From assembly GCA_963818965.1 (NCBI GenBank), contig CAWFUG010000009.1:442075-506074 (forward strand): a stretch of 64,000 nt of DNA, written 5' to 3'. The stretch is from an uncultured Verrucomicrobiae bacterium (GTDB lineage Bacteria > Chlamydiota > Chlamydiia > Chlamydiales > Rhabdochlamydiaceae). Shown piece after piece: positions 19,437-29,922 of this stretch. Within the stretch, counting starts at the first letter, position 1. Each line of letters begins with the position of its first letter. Position numbers and translations under genes: made by a program. The notes under the pieces were generated by a model. The model was not told the DNA's origin and did no database searches. It saw only the letters and a list, made by a program, of their open reading frames with translations.

Positions 19437-19652
19437 GGTTCATCTCCAGTGGTGCAATGAGTTAACTTAGGTAGAAATCGACCGGGGGAATTTAGACTTT
19501 TCGCTTCAAAAACGCAAGAGTTTAATCGTAAGTAATTGTATATAAGTTGGTTGCGGGAACATTATCTCTCCCATAAAAATCAATGCCTGAAATTCGGCGG
19601 CATCCTTCTTCTCGATTTGGTAGAATGAAAGACAACAAAAAGAGGTAAGCTC

Positions 19653-20693
19653 ATGCTGACACATCAAAAAAAGAAGGAATACTACCGGGCGCTCGTCGAG
19701 AAGAACAAGGCCTACGAGGGAGTTTTCTTTGTGGGGGTCAAGACAACAGGTGTCTTCTGCCGCCCGAGTTGTCCTGCTAGGAAGCCGAAAATAGAAAATT
19801 GTGAATTTTTTGCAACGGCCCAAGAGGCGCTTTTGGCGTCGTTTCGGCCCTGTAAGCGGTGCAAGCCGTTATCTCATCCAAATGTCGTTTCTAAGCTTGT
19901 ACAAATACTGGTAGACGCGGTAGAAGATAACCCGGAAAAGCGGTGGAAAGAGAGCGATTTTAGAAAGCTCTCCGTGGATGCCTCGACGGCGCGGCGTCAG
20001 TTTAACAAGCGGTTTGGGATGACCTTTGTCGCCTATGCGCGAGCGAGGCGAATGGGTCTTGCCCTAAAAGAAATCAGGGAGGGGGGGAAAGTGATTGAAG
20101 CACAGCTTTCGAGCGGCTATGAATCGGGAAGTGGGTTTAGGGATGCGTTTTCGCGGATTATGGGGGCTCCGCCTTCGCTCTGCGAAGGGCATGCGGTCCT
20201 AAAAGCATCGTGGATCGATACTCCTTTGGGGCCGATGCTCGCGGTCGCAGATGAAGAGGCTCTCTATCTGCTCGAATTCGTCGACCGGCGGGGCCTAGAA
20301 AAAGAGATCGAGCGACTCAGAAAAAGAGCCAAATTGCCGATCATTCCCGGAAAAACAGCACCGATCGAGCAAATCGAAGCAGAGCTAAAAGAGTACTTCT
20401 CTGGCAACCTACGGGAATTCAAAACCCCGCTTTGTCCCATCGGCTCTCCCTTTCAAAAAAGAGTGTGGGAAGAACTGCAAAAAATCCCGTTTGGGCAAAC
20501 GCGCTCTTATGCGAAAATTGCGGCTGCGATCGAGAAGCCTACTGCTTTTCGCGCTGTAGCTCTAGCAAACGGCGCCAATCAATTCGCAATCGTCATTCCC
20601 TGCCATCGCGTGATCAATAGCGATGGGGCACTCGGAGGCTATGGCGGCGGCATTCAGAGAAAGGAGTGGCTTTTAAAACATGAACGACGCTAA
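19653..20693 (+). CDS. ada: Bifunctional Ada regulator / O6-methylguanine-DNA methyltransferase
   Basis: TTGVFCRPSC and FRPCKRC Zn site, AraC-type HTH, IPCHRV active site. Confidence 0.93.
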   Translation: MLTHQKKKEYYRALVEKNKAYEGVFFVGVKTTGVFCRPSCPARKPKIENCEFFATAQEALLASFRPCKRCKPLSHPNVVSKLVQILVDAVEDNPEKRWKESDFRKLSVDASTARRQFNKRFGMTFVAYARARRMGLALKEIREGGKVIEAQLSSGYESGSGFRDAFSRIMGAPPSLCEGHAVLKASWIDTPLGPMLAVADEEALYLLEFVDRRGLEKEIERLRKRAKLPIIPGKTAPIEQIEAELKEYFSGNLREFKTPLCPIGSPFQKRVWEELQKIPFGQTRSYAKIAAAIEKPTAFRAVALANGANQFAIVIPCHRVINSDGALGGYGGGIQRKEWLLKHERR

Positions 20694-21255
20694 AAAACGG
20701 TGTTTTGGTTCGGCTCCAGGTAAAGAATTCTACGCAGACTACCACGATCGGGAATGGGGAATTCCCGTTCACGACGATCGGAAATTATTCGAGATGCTGA
20801 TCCTCGAAGGGGCTCAGGCGGGCTTGAGCTGGGAGACGATTCTCAAAAGGCGAGAGGCTTATCGGAAGGCATTTTTCCATTTCGATCCCGCTAAAGTTGC
20901 CGAAATGAGCGATGAAGCATTAAATGATCTCCTTAAAAATGAGGGGATTATCCGCAATCGCCTAAAAATTTACGCTGCTCGCCAAAATGCACGCGTGTTT
21001 TTGCACATTCAGAAGGAATTTGGGTCGTTTGATCGGTATGTCTGGCAATTTGTCCAGGGAAAGCCGATCGTAAAGCGGCGCAAACACCTCAAGGACCTTC
21101 CTGCGACGACTCCCGAAAGCGACGCTCTCTCGAAAGATCTAAAGAAGAGAGGGATGACCTTTGTCGGCTCGACGATTATGTACGCCTTTATGCAGGCAGT
21201 GGGGCTCGTCGATGATCATCTTGCCGATTGTTGGTGCGTGCTCAATTCAATTTAA
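20680..21255 (+). CDS. tag: DNA-3-methyladenine glycosylase I
   Basis: YHDREWG, LEGAQAGLSW, IIRNRLKI, FVGSTIMYAFMQAVG, DHLADC. Confidence 0.95.
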   Translation: MNDAKKRCFGSAPGKEFYADYHDREWGIPVHDDRKLFEMLILEGAQAGLSWETILKRREAYRKAFFHFDPAKVAEMSDEALNDLLKNEGIIRNRLKIYAARQNARVFLHIQKEFGSFDRYVWQFVQGKPIVKRRKHLKDLPATTPESDALSKDLKKRGMTFVGSTIMYAFMQAVGLVDDHLADCWCVLNSI

Positions 21256-21324
21256 AGAAAAAAGACGGTAAGCTATAACCTATCCGCAGTGCATTTTTGA
21301 AACGACTTAAGAATATACCGGGAG

Positions 21325-22122
21325 TTGAAAATGAAGCGGGTTTTTTGTTTTTTGCTGTGTAGTGTTTTTTCTGTTTCGCTGTTAATGGGGCGGACAGTGG
21401 ATTTAGCGGACTATGAAAAGAGGGTCTTCAGCCAAAATGGCGAAGATGGAGTTTTGGATGCTATATTCAATATCATAGGAGAGACAAATCGCTACTATGT
21501 CGAGTTTGGAACGCAAAATGCCTATGAGTGTAATACGAGATACCTCAGGGAACGGCAGAACTGGCATGGTCTATTGATGGATGGGGGATATGAGGATCCA
21601 AAGATCAATTTGCAGCAAGAATTCATCACAGCCGAGAACATCACTTCCTTATTTCAGAAACACAAAGTGCCTGAGCAGTTCGACCTTCTCTCTATAGACA
21701 TTGATTTTAATGATTGGCATGTGTGGCATGCCATTAATCCTTCTTACCAACCCCGAGTCGTCGTTGTCGAATATAATGCGAGCCATCTTCCCTACGAAGA
21801 TCGGGTCAGTATGTATGAACCCTATGGATGCTGGGATGGAACGAACTACTATGGGGGAAGCATTTTAGCATTTTATAATTTAGGTCGCGCTAAGGGGTAT
21901 TCCTTAGTGTATGCAGAAGCTAGAGGCGTGAACCTTTTCTTTATTCGCAATGATGTCATCGAAGACTGCAAGGCGAGGGGAATTGAGTTTCGCTCGATCA
22001 ATGAAGTGAATGAAATTTACCACTTGCCCACCTACGGTTGGGGCCCCATGGGAGGGCATACGGACGATCATTTAAAACGGATCTATATCGACTCCGCTAC
22101 GTTGCTCGGCCTATCCAATTGA
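21325..22122 (+). CDS. FkbM-like methyltransferase-fold protein with signal-peptide-like N-terminus
   Basis: SQNGEDGVL, YVEFG, FDLLSIDIDFND, PRVVVVEYN. Confidence 0.6.
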   Translation: MKMKRVFCFLLCSVFSVSLLMGRTVDLADYEKRVFSQNGEDGVLDAIFNIIGETNRYYVEFGTQNAYECNTRYLRERQNWHGLLMDGGYEDPKINLQQEFITAENITSLFQKHKVPEQFDLLSIDIDFNDWHVWHAINPSYQPRVVVVEYNASHLPYEDRVSMYEPYGCWDGTNYYGGSILAFYNLGRAKGYSLVYAEARGVNLFFIRNDVIEDCKARGIEFRSINEVNEIYHLPTYGWGPMGGHTDDHLKRIYIDSATLLGLSN

Positions 22123-22239
22123 TGTGGTAGCATCAAGCGGCCCCAGAATTTCTAGGGCCGCTTCCAAGCCAGCGAAATCACTTGATCTTTGATCCTGATA
22201 CCCATACGCTGTCCATCCAAAAATTTTTAGGAGGAATGG

Positions 22240-22893
22240 ATGATTCGCGCTGTTTTGCTGTTTTGTCTCTTATCGGTATCCGCTTTTGCCAAACCGACCC
22301 TTTTTGTGGGGATTGCAGGGGGGACAGGTTCTGGAAAAACCACACTGGCAGAAAAAATTCATGAGGCATTTCCAGCAGCTGTGCTGATCAGCCAAGACTC
22401 TTATTATAAAGATCAAAGCCATCTACCCATCGAAGAGCGAGAAAAGACGAATTTCGATCACCCCAATTCCTTGGAATTTTCTCTCTTGAAACAACACTTG
22501 ATCGACTTGAAAAAGGGTCTGGCGATTGAACAACCGATCTACAGTTTTCATACTCATACCCGAGAAGAGGGATCAAAGCGGGTGGAGCCTGTGGAAATCG
22601 TCCTAATCGAGGGGATTTTGCTCTTGGCTGTCCCAGAAATTAGAGATCTCTTGGACATCAAAATTTTCGTCGATACAGATGATGATATTCGTATCTTGCG
22701 TCGCATTGAGCGCGATATGAAAGAGCGCTCTCGCGATTTCGAAAGTATCAGAGAGCAGTATTTAAAGACTGTAAAGCCGATGCACGATGCCTTTGTAGAG
22801 CCGAGCAAAAAATATGCCGACGTGATTGTCCCCAATGGAGGACGCAATAAGGTCGCAATCGGCCTCATCTTAGCTAAGCTCAATGAGCAGTGA
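22240..22893 (+). CDS. udk: Uridine kinase
   Basis: GIAGGTGSGKTT, QDSYY, NFDHP, EGIL, RRIERD, KPMH. Confidence 0.93.
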   Translation: MIRAVLLFCLLSVSAFAKPTLFVGIAGGTGSGKTTLAEKIHEAFPAAVLISQDSYYKDQSHLPIEEREKTNFDHPNSLEFSLLKQHLIDLKKGLAIEQPIYSFHTHTREEGSKRVEPVEIVLIEGILLLAVPEIRDLLDIKIFVDTDDDIRILRRIERDMKERSRDFESIREQYLKTVKPMHDAFVEPSKKYADVIVPNGGRNKVAIGLILAKLNEQ

Positions 22894-23726
22894 GGATGCA
22901 CGTAAGAACACTGCTTTTTTCAATAGCGTTATTACTTGCGAATATCGGATTTGGAGAAGAAATGCAGCCGCTACCGATGCAGGATGTCCAGTTAAACCAC
23001 ATTTACTTGGTAGTCGATCGAAAGACTTATGAGAGCATCAAGAATTCTGATTTTATCCACTCTCTGGTTTGTACCTATGAGCAAAAGAACAGTGCAGATG
23101 GCGAGGTGGAGTGGGAAGGATTTTATATGCGCGGTAAAAAGACGTTCATCGAGCTTTTCTGCCCACAAGAGCGGTATCCTGCCATTGGGATTGCTGGAAT
23201 AGGATTAGGAGTGGATGTTCGAGGAGCACTAGACCTTCTTTTGGAAAAGGTTCCTCATTTTAAAAAAGGAACCTTTAGTCGAGAGGGAAAACCCTGGTTT
23301 TCCTTTTTGACAGTCGAGGATATTTACTTTTATGAGCACAACGCTTGTTGGGTCATGGAATATGCCCCTGAATATTTTCCAGAAGAACCTGCGGATGTTT
23401 CCCGAGTGCGTTATAATGCGGACAGATATGACCCTAACAAGCCTTTCTTGGACATCGATGGTTTTTCCATCGCTCTTAAACCAGAGGGACTTGAGCTCCT
23501 TTCTTCCTGTCTTAACAATTTTGGACTGAAAGCAGCGGATGGGTCTTATGAAACGTCTGAAAAAATAGAGATCAGGCTATCTGAAGAAAGCTGTGAGCAA
23601 AAAGGGATCTATCAGATCGATTTTTCTCTGAGAGATGCTTGCCTAGATGGGTATTCTGGTCGTTTAGGGAATTCCTTGCTAACCATTCGAGGGGACAGGG
23701 CGAGCTGGATCTTTTTTGGGCAGTAG
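22890..23726 (+). CDS. Exported protein, DUF5829/VOC-like
   Basis: Signal peptide; LNHIYLVVD...WEGFYMRGKKTFIELF pattern (family call from memory). Confidence 0.5.
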   Translation: MRMHVRTLLFSIALLLANIGFGEEMQPLPMQDVQLNHIYLVVDRKTYESIKNSDFIHSLVCTYEQKNSADGEVEWEGFYMRGKKTFIELFCPQERYPAIGIAGIGLGVDVRGALDLLLEKVPHFKKGTFSREGKPWFSFLTVEDIYFYEHNACWVMEYAPEYFPEEPADVSRVRYNADRYDPNKPFLDIDGFSIALKPEGLELLSSCLNNFGLKAADGSYETSEKIEIRLSEESCEQKGIYQIDFSLRDACLDGYSGRLGNSLLTIRGDRASWIFFGQ

Positions 23727-23962
23727 AAGAGACATCAGGGGATTAGTCTTGTCAATTAAATAATTTACTCTCCACACCGTTTAAACCTTTTACCTCTCCC
23801 TTCAATGGGTTAAACACCTTCTTGCTCGTAAAATAAAATTTAATTAAGCTTGGCTCTTTACTGCTTTGTATAGCTTTGTTAAAATTATAAGTTTATTTTA
23901 ATTAAATAATAAAAACAATATAATTACATTAATAATTAAAAACAAGTATCGTGAGGTTTATC

Positions 23963-25448
23963 ATGCTGCCGACAGAAAATAGGCTTTGTTTAATTCCTGG
24001 TCAAACATTCGATGAGGTATTGGGGACTCTCGGCTCATTGATCGAAGCTTCTCTTGAAAGAGAAAATTGCGAGGAGATTGAAAATTATGTTCAGCGGTTT
24101 CTGCGCACTTCTGGAAGATCCTGATGCAGATATGCTGGATTTATCCTATCGAGGGATAAATGAGGGGATAAGGAAACTACCCCTTGAGCTGTTTAATATC
24201 CCTAACATTGAGAAAATTACATCCCTCGACCTGTCTCACAACGAATTAACAACGCTACCCACTGAGATCGGGAATTTAAAAAATTTGGTTATGTTTTACT
24301 TGTGTGGGAACCGGCTTAAAGCGCTACCCAGCGAGATCGGAAAATTAAGTAATTTGGTCACGCTATTCTTGTCTCAAAATCAGCTGAAAGAGCTACCAAA
24401 CGAATTGTGGAAGCTAAATAATTTGCGTGTGCTCTCCCTGGCCGGTAATTCGTTAACAGTGTTGCCAACAGATGTGAATAATCTAGGCAATTTAGAGGTG
24501 CTCTATTTATTCCAAAATAGAGCAACACGGCTACCCCTTACCAAGTCTTGTGATACATCTGAGGATCTATCGACAGCGCTCGCTTTATGGGATGCTCCCC
24601 GTACAAGCGATTATCAGAAAATTGAGCGTCGCGTGCATGCACTTCTGGAAAATGCAGCTGAAAATAAACTGAATTTAAAAGGCGCAACATTAAGAGAGAT
24701 ACCTCCTAAGTTATTTAGCCTCTCTCAGCTCATTGAGCAAGTCACCATTCTCGATTTATCTAATAATAAACTAGCATGGATCCCAAGCGAGATCGGAAAT
24801 CTCGTCCATTTGACTAAACTTTGTCTGAGGAAAAATAAGATAGCAGAACTCCCCAGAGAGCTCGGCAATCTAAGCAAATTGACTTGTATTGAAATAGACA
24901 ACAATCCACTCGTAGAAGAGATCAAAGAGATCTGTTTAAACAGTTTTACCAAGTTATATCAAAAAGATGATCCGCTAATAGTGCTGCCGAATGGAATCTG
25001 GTTAAAATTACTTGCAAAAAACAACAAATGGATGAAAATAGAGCTCGGTAGCATAAAGGCTATGAAAGAATACCATGTTATTTGCTACACCCGCTTACCC
25101 AATCCTAAAATAAATCTACGAGGTGGCGTAACATTGCCACTAGTAGCGATCTCAGATCTGAGCTCTTTGGCTAAAGTTTATTGGTCGGAAAACCCACTCA
25201 CAATGTTATCTGTCCAGCCCTGGATGCACCTACTTAAACGGTACTCGAAATACAAAATGGTTAAAGACGCAGTTGGTGGTCAGTGGGCTTTAAAAAAATA
25301 CCACGTTGCTTTTCAGACTGCTTTGGAAATCTTCCCACAGGCAAGGGAACTCATGCCATTCTATCTTCCCTATGGTCTTAAGTGTACCCGTACCCAATTT
25401 ACTGACTCAAGTTCCAGTTCAGATTCCAGCGATTCTTCCTCAGATTAG
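23963..25448 (+). pseudogene. LRR protein (effector-like) with a probable +1 frameshift near 24098
   Basis: ATG 23963 with GAGG RBS reads MLPTENRL…YVQRF and stops at ~24124; LRR frame (LPxEIGNLxxL repeats) continues in the +1 frame; Ser/Asp-rich tail. Confidence 0.7.
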
Positions 25449-25464
25449 AGCGAATCCTAACGCT

Positions 25465-25875
25465 CTAATCTCGCAGGCTAATTACGATGCGGTTTAGAGC
25501 GTTCATGATCGCAATGCATGCTGTTAAATCAACGATTTCTCTTTCAGAATAGATTTGAGTTAGCTGTTCCCTAATTTTGCTTAAATCTTGGTTTAGATCA
25601 GTAATAGCTTCTGCCCATTGGAGAACGATTTTTTCCTCTGAGGTGAAAGCGGTTGAGTTGTGCCATGCGGGAAGGAGGTCGAGTTTTTCTTGTTGTATCC
25701 CGAGCTTTCGCGCTTCATCCGTATGGAGACGACAACAATAAGCGCATCCGTTGATTTGTGAAACGCGCAATTCGGCCAAAATTCGAATGGTCGGACTTAG
25801 AGTGGATTTGTTTAAGCTGGCGCGGCTTTGGTACAAGAAGCTAATCGTTTCCTTGGAAATTTCAGCGTAATTCAT
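25465..25875 (-). CDS. Carboxymuconolactone decarboxylase / AhpD-like protein
   Basis: LRVSQINGCAYCCRLH and MNALNR motifs. Confidence 0.9.
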   Translation of the reverse strand: MNYAEISKETISFLYQSRASLNKSTLSPTIRILAELRVSQINGCAYCCRLHTDEARKLGIQQEKLDLLPAWHNSTAFTSEEKIVLQWAEAITDLNQDLSKIREQLTQIYSEREIVDLTACIAIMNALNRIVISLRD

Positions 25876-25967
25876 AGAAGAATGCCTCCAGATAAAAATT
25901 TATTATAAGAAAAAGACATTTTATAGAAAAGCCAGGTTTCTAAACCTGGCTCGAATACATCTAAGGA

Positions 25968-27377
25968 TCAGTTGCAAATCTCCTTTAATGCGGCAGCAAA
26001 GTCTTCAACTTCTTGAAAGCTGATATAGAGTGGATGAGGCATGACCCGGATATTTGCAGGGGGCCGTACATCGACGGAAAAGCCGCGGCGATTGAGTTCT
26101 TCCTCAATTTCTGCTGCTTGTCTGTTTGTATCTAGCTTGAACACCAACATAGCACCCCGCTCTTCAGGACTTAAGGGGGTGATCCATTCGATGGAATTCC
26201 CCAGGTGTTCTTTTAATTGTTTTATGAGGAATGCTGTGAGCTTTTCCGACTTCTCTTCTATTTGCGCAATGCCAAGGTCGTGATAGAGCTCTAGCATTGC
26301 CTGGGCATCGGCCATGGGGATAGGAGGCGGATTTCCTAGGCGAGTTCCTCTAGCATCTTGGTAAAAAATGGTGGGATCCCAACTGTGGATCGACTGGAAT
26401 ACGAGGTCTGAGCGCATCGCTTTCCAACCTTGTGCTGGGAAGTAGTCGCGGAATGGGATATTGTCTTGGTGGATGAAATATCCGCCAACACCCCCTGCAG
26501 AAGCCGTCAGATATTTGTAGCCGCACCATGTCGCATAGTCAACCCCATCTGCAGAGAGTTGTAGGCTTCGATTACCGATCATGTGAGCTAGGTCCCAGCC
26601 GATGCGGATACCGTGTTTTTTTAATAATCGATTGGCTTCAGCTGTATAGAATCTCTGTCCTGTTGTAAAGGGAATCGCTTCTAGATGGGCTAAAGCGATT
26701 TCATGTCCCTGTTCTTCGAGAGTCTTTTGGAGGGTTTTTAAATCATACAGGCCATTTTCATCACTTTCCAACTCTACGACAAAAGCTTTTCTAAAGGCGA
26801 TTGGATCTTCCGGGAGCTCTAATTCCACTCCATTTTGTTTGAGTAAGTGGAGCTTTTGGCGCAGTACCGACATCACCACAGCCTGATCGGAAGCAAAACT
26901 GTGCTTCATGATGAGGATTTTGTAGCGGCCTGTTTTAAAGTTAGGGATATAGAATGCTTGGATCATCAAGGTGTTGTTTACGCTCAGACTATTGCCCATG
27001 ACAATTTCATTAGCGGAAGCTCCGACCATTTGCCCAAGGGCTTCTAACGCCTTGGCATTCCGATCACAGTCGAACCAATGACGACCGCGGTCGGCAATTC
27101 CTTCAGCAGCGGGGTGGGTGGCAGCAAAATGGCCTCCGAGGATTTGTCGATCCCTCACTTGATATTCATAGAGGACTCTTTCCACTGAGCCTTGATAAGT
27201 CGGGCCTAAAGAGTGTCCCCCTAAATGGATGAGTCCTTCAGGGATATTAAAGAGGGATTTGATCTGGGATAATGGATCTTCTCGATCGAGTTGTGAGGCA
27301 GTTACGTTTAGTTCTGTGCTCGTCAGTGCTGTGGTGCAACATAGGTAGGTTAGAAGTATCGCTATTGATTTGATCAT
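25968..27377 (-). CDS. kynU: Kynureninase
   Basis: GHSLG, MGNSLSVN, SFASD, WDLAHMIGN, DYATWCGYKYL (PLP lysine); start probably MIKSIAILL. Confidence 0.8.
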   Translation of the reverse strand: MIKSIAILLTYLCCTTALTSTELNVTASQLDREDPLSQIKSLFNIPEGLIHLGGHSLGPTYQGSVERVLYEYQVRDRQILGGHFAATHPAAEGIADRGRHWFDCDRNAKALEALGQMVGASANEIVMGNSLSVNNTLMIQAFYIPNFKTGRYKILIMKHSFASDQAVVMSVLRQKLHLLKQNGVELELPEDPIAFRKAFVVELESDENGLYDLKTLQKTLEEQGHEIALAHLEAIPFTTGQRFYTAEANRLLKKHGIRIGWDLAHMIGNRSLQLSADGVDYATWCGYKYLTASAGGVGGYFIHQDNIPFRDYFPAQGWKAMRSDLVFQSIHSWDPTIFYQDARGTRLGNPPPIPMADAQAMLELYHDLGIAQIEEKSEKLTAFLIKQLKEHLGNSIEWITPLSPEERGAMLVFKLDTNRQAAEIEEELNRRGFSVDVRPPANIRVMPHPLYISFQEVEDFAAALKEICN

Positions 27378-27491
27378 CGTTTGCAGTGCTCCATGGTGTT
27401 TTGGTATAGGTTCAGCTACAGGTGAAGAGAGCAAAATACCTCCATCTGTAACTGGGAGAAATATAACGTATCGTGGGTGAATCGGGATAGT

Positions 27492-28283
27492 TTAAAGCTG
27501 ATGATCTAGACGGTCAAAGATAGACAAAGACTCTTCGAAAGCTCTGGGGGTCACGCACACTGAGCCTTCGAAGATATGGTCTAACGAAAAGACTAAGAAC
27601 AGCATGAATGTGATATAGATGGTCAAAAGGGAGGTCATCAACATCTGCAATCGAAGGTTTTCCAGGCTGAAAAAGAACATAAAGCCGATTGTAATAATGC
27701 CGCCTAAAATCAGGATGGTCCACATCATGCTGCTGAGATTTTCCCAGGAATAAAATTCTCTGGCCAGCCTCGCATTCATGAGGCAATCGAGTTTTGAGAT
27801 TGTCTGTTTATACCAGATCTTGGTGCGCTCACTTTGTAGGTCGATCTCCCCGTAGCTTTTCCAAAGATCTTGCAAGATGGTATCTGCTTTTATACGGCGA
27901 GCCTCATCGCCGGGAAAACCCCATTCTCTGTGGATGACGTATTCCACATACTTTCTGATGTTCGCGCGGATGGCTGTTAAGCTGGCTTTGTCAAAGTAGG
28001 TGGCATCTCGGTAGAGGTCGGTCATGATCGTAGCTTCCGTATACACGGTCTCGTCTGCTTTGTTGTAGCGATCTTGGACGTTGATTACAGTGAATCCGAG
28101 GATTACGCTATACAGAACTCCGATGATACTAAAGAGATATCCCGCAACATCGTGGTGTTTGCGCAGCGTCACGTCTGAGACGTTTTTACGGATAATCCAT
28201 AAAATAACGAGGGTTAAGAGTGTGACGGGGATGATGATCAGGACGGATGGAAAGATCCAAGCAAAAGAGCCATGGGTGTGCAT
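27492..28283 (-). CDS. DUF4239 / bestrophin-like membrane protein
   Basis: GVLYSVILGFTVINV, LDHIFEG; several TM segments. Confidence 0.7.
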   Translation of the reverse strand: MHTHGSFAWIFPSVLIIIPVTLLTLVILWIIRKNVSDVTLRKHHDVAGYLFSIIGVLYSVILGFTVINVQDRYNKADETVYTEATIMTDLYRDATYFDKASLTAIRANIRKYVEYVIHREWGFPGDEARRIKADTILQDLWKSYGEIDLQSERTKIWYKQTISKLDCLMNARLAREFYSWENLSSMMWTILILGGIITIGFMFFFSLENLRLQMLMTSLLTIYITFMLFLVFSLDHIFEGSVCVTPRAFEESLSIFDRLDHQL

Positions 28284-28294
28284 ATATACCTATT

Positions 28295-28367
28295 TAGGGC
28301 CTGTCGTCACATGGGCTCAAAAGAACCAGAAAATCGACAGAAGCTTAAGTTAATGACAGGCTCCTAG
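28295..28367. repeat. Family C miniature element with IS5-like ends
   Basis: TAGGGCCTGTC ... GACAGGCTCCTAG; related ends at 31906, 32006, 34638-34648 and 44116. Confidence 0.55.
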
Positions 28368-28437
28368 ATCCAGGGTATAGAAAAAAGAGGGATTTTTGAC
28401 CAGCGGGCTTTTTGATCGTAGAGCGCTTAGAGCTTTT

Positions 28438-29430
28438 CTATACCTTATCTCGGCTAGGAGGGGCCATAAATTCTGGTCCGATGGGAGAGGGGATTGTGTC
28501 CTGCAAAATCTGGTCGATTTCAATGAAGTCGGCTTCTTTTAATTTCCAGCCCCAAATGGTTTCTAAACCTTCCAGTTGGACAGAATTGCGGGCACCCCAT
28601 AGCGCAACATTAATTCCCTTATCAAGGGCCCAGCGTACAGCGAGGGCAAGTAAAGGCTTTTGATACGCTTCTGAAGCCCACTGTTCTAATTTTTTTGCGC
28701 AACGAAGATAATTTGAATAGCGTGGCTCCACAAACTTTGGGTCTATTTTACGCAGGTCATCTCCCTTAAAATGCCTATTTTTATCCATTTTACCGCTTAA
28801 AAGCCCGCGACATAATGACCCATATCCTAAAGTAGCGACGCCTTTTTGAATGCAGTAGTTGAGTTGCATTTTTTCTATTTCCCTCTCAAAGAGGTTGAAA
28901 GGGGATTGAAGGGAATGAAGCGGGGCATACTTTTGAAATTCGTCCATCTGTTCTACAGAAAAATTGCTGACTCCAATTGCGCCGATTTTCCCCTGATCTA
29001 ATAGGTGTTTTAGAGCCTCTGCCGTCTCTGCAATCGGTGTCAATGGGTCGGGCCAATGAAGTTGATAGAGATCGATAAAGTCTACCCGGAGCCGTTTAAG
29101 AGATGCCTCGATTTCTTTGATCACAACTTCTTTTCTCGCATCTCGATAAACTGCCTTGTTTTTCCAACTCATTCCTACCTTGGTGGCAATGACGATCTCT
29201 TCTCTTTTCCCATAGAGTTCAAGGGCCTTTCCTACAATTTCTTCAGAAACTCCAAACCCATAAACAGGGGCCGTATCTATTAAATTAATCCCAAGGTCCA
29301 ATGCTTGATGGATGGTGGCGATTGCGTTTTTTTCATCCGTTCCTCCCCACATCCATCCCCCAATTGCCCAGGTTCCTAGGCCAACGCGTGAGATTTTTTT
29401 ATCTAGATTAGGGATATAGGTAAAGTCCAT
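28438..29430 (-). CDS. Aldo/keto reductase (AKR11/YhdN-like)
   Basis: GLGTWAIGGWMWGG, IDTAPVYGFG, IDLYQLHWPD, GPEFMAPP. Confidence 0.92.
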   Translation of the reverse strand: MDFTYIPNLDKKISRVGLGTWAIGGWMWGGTDEKNAIATIHQALDLGINLIDTAPVYGFGVSEEIVGKALELYGKREEIVIATKVGMSWKNKAVYRDARKEVVIKEIEASLKRLRVDFIDLYQLHWPDPLTPIAETAEALKHLLDQGKIGAIGVSNFSVEQMDEFQKYAPLHSLQSPFNLFEREIEKMQLNYCIQKGVATLGYGSLCRGLLSGKMDKNRHFKGDDLRKIDPKFVEPRYSNYLRCAKKLEQWASEAYQKPLLALAVRWALDKGINVALWGARNSVQLEGLETIWGWKLKEADFIEIDQILQDTIPSPIGPEFMAPPSRDKV

Positions 29431-29568
29431 GAGATCTCCAAAAAGTAGTGGGTTATAGATTCGCCTGAACCCAATGCGCCATTGTTTTGATTAGGTTCTC
29501 TCTGATAGGCAGATAGGTAGTTGGGTTTTCTGGAAGATGGTCGAAATCATAATCCATTCTTCCTCTGC

Positions 29569-29660
29569 ATATTAAAAAATTTCCTCTCTGTGGTTTTCCA
29601 TCTCTGTAATGAAACTCAGCTATTTATGCAATAACGCCATTCCTGACCGAGTTCAGTATA
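29569..29660. repeat. Half family A MITE abutting a family B end
   Basis: TTCCTCTCTGTGGTTTTCCATCTCTG...TTATGCAATAACGCC followed by ATTCCTGACCGAGTTCAGTATA. Confidence 0.75.
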
Positions 29661-29922
29661 GCTTTTACTCAATCCGGGGCTTGGGCCGGACTCTAGGGCC
29701 CTTTCTTGGTTTTTTGGGATATACTGAACGGCAAAAAGAAAATCTAGGAGAATTTTTTAGCTTACTGCTCTCGGCATGAAAAATGGATTTTGGCGATGGA
29801 GGGGTGTTCTGAAAAAAAAGAAAAATGGGTTGCGTGAAAGTTAAGATCGCGTTAAGGTTCGGTTTAGATTTAAGCGGATCCGTGTTTCCAAACCAAAACC
29901 AAACAAGCAAAAGGAGGTCTTT

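Noticed and set aside
19505..19520. AAAACGCA as an Ada box
   Set aside because: Imperfect match, about 140 bp from the start codon, and too short to support
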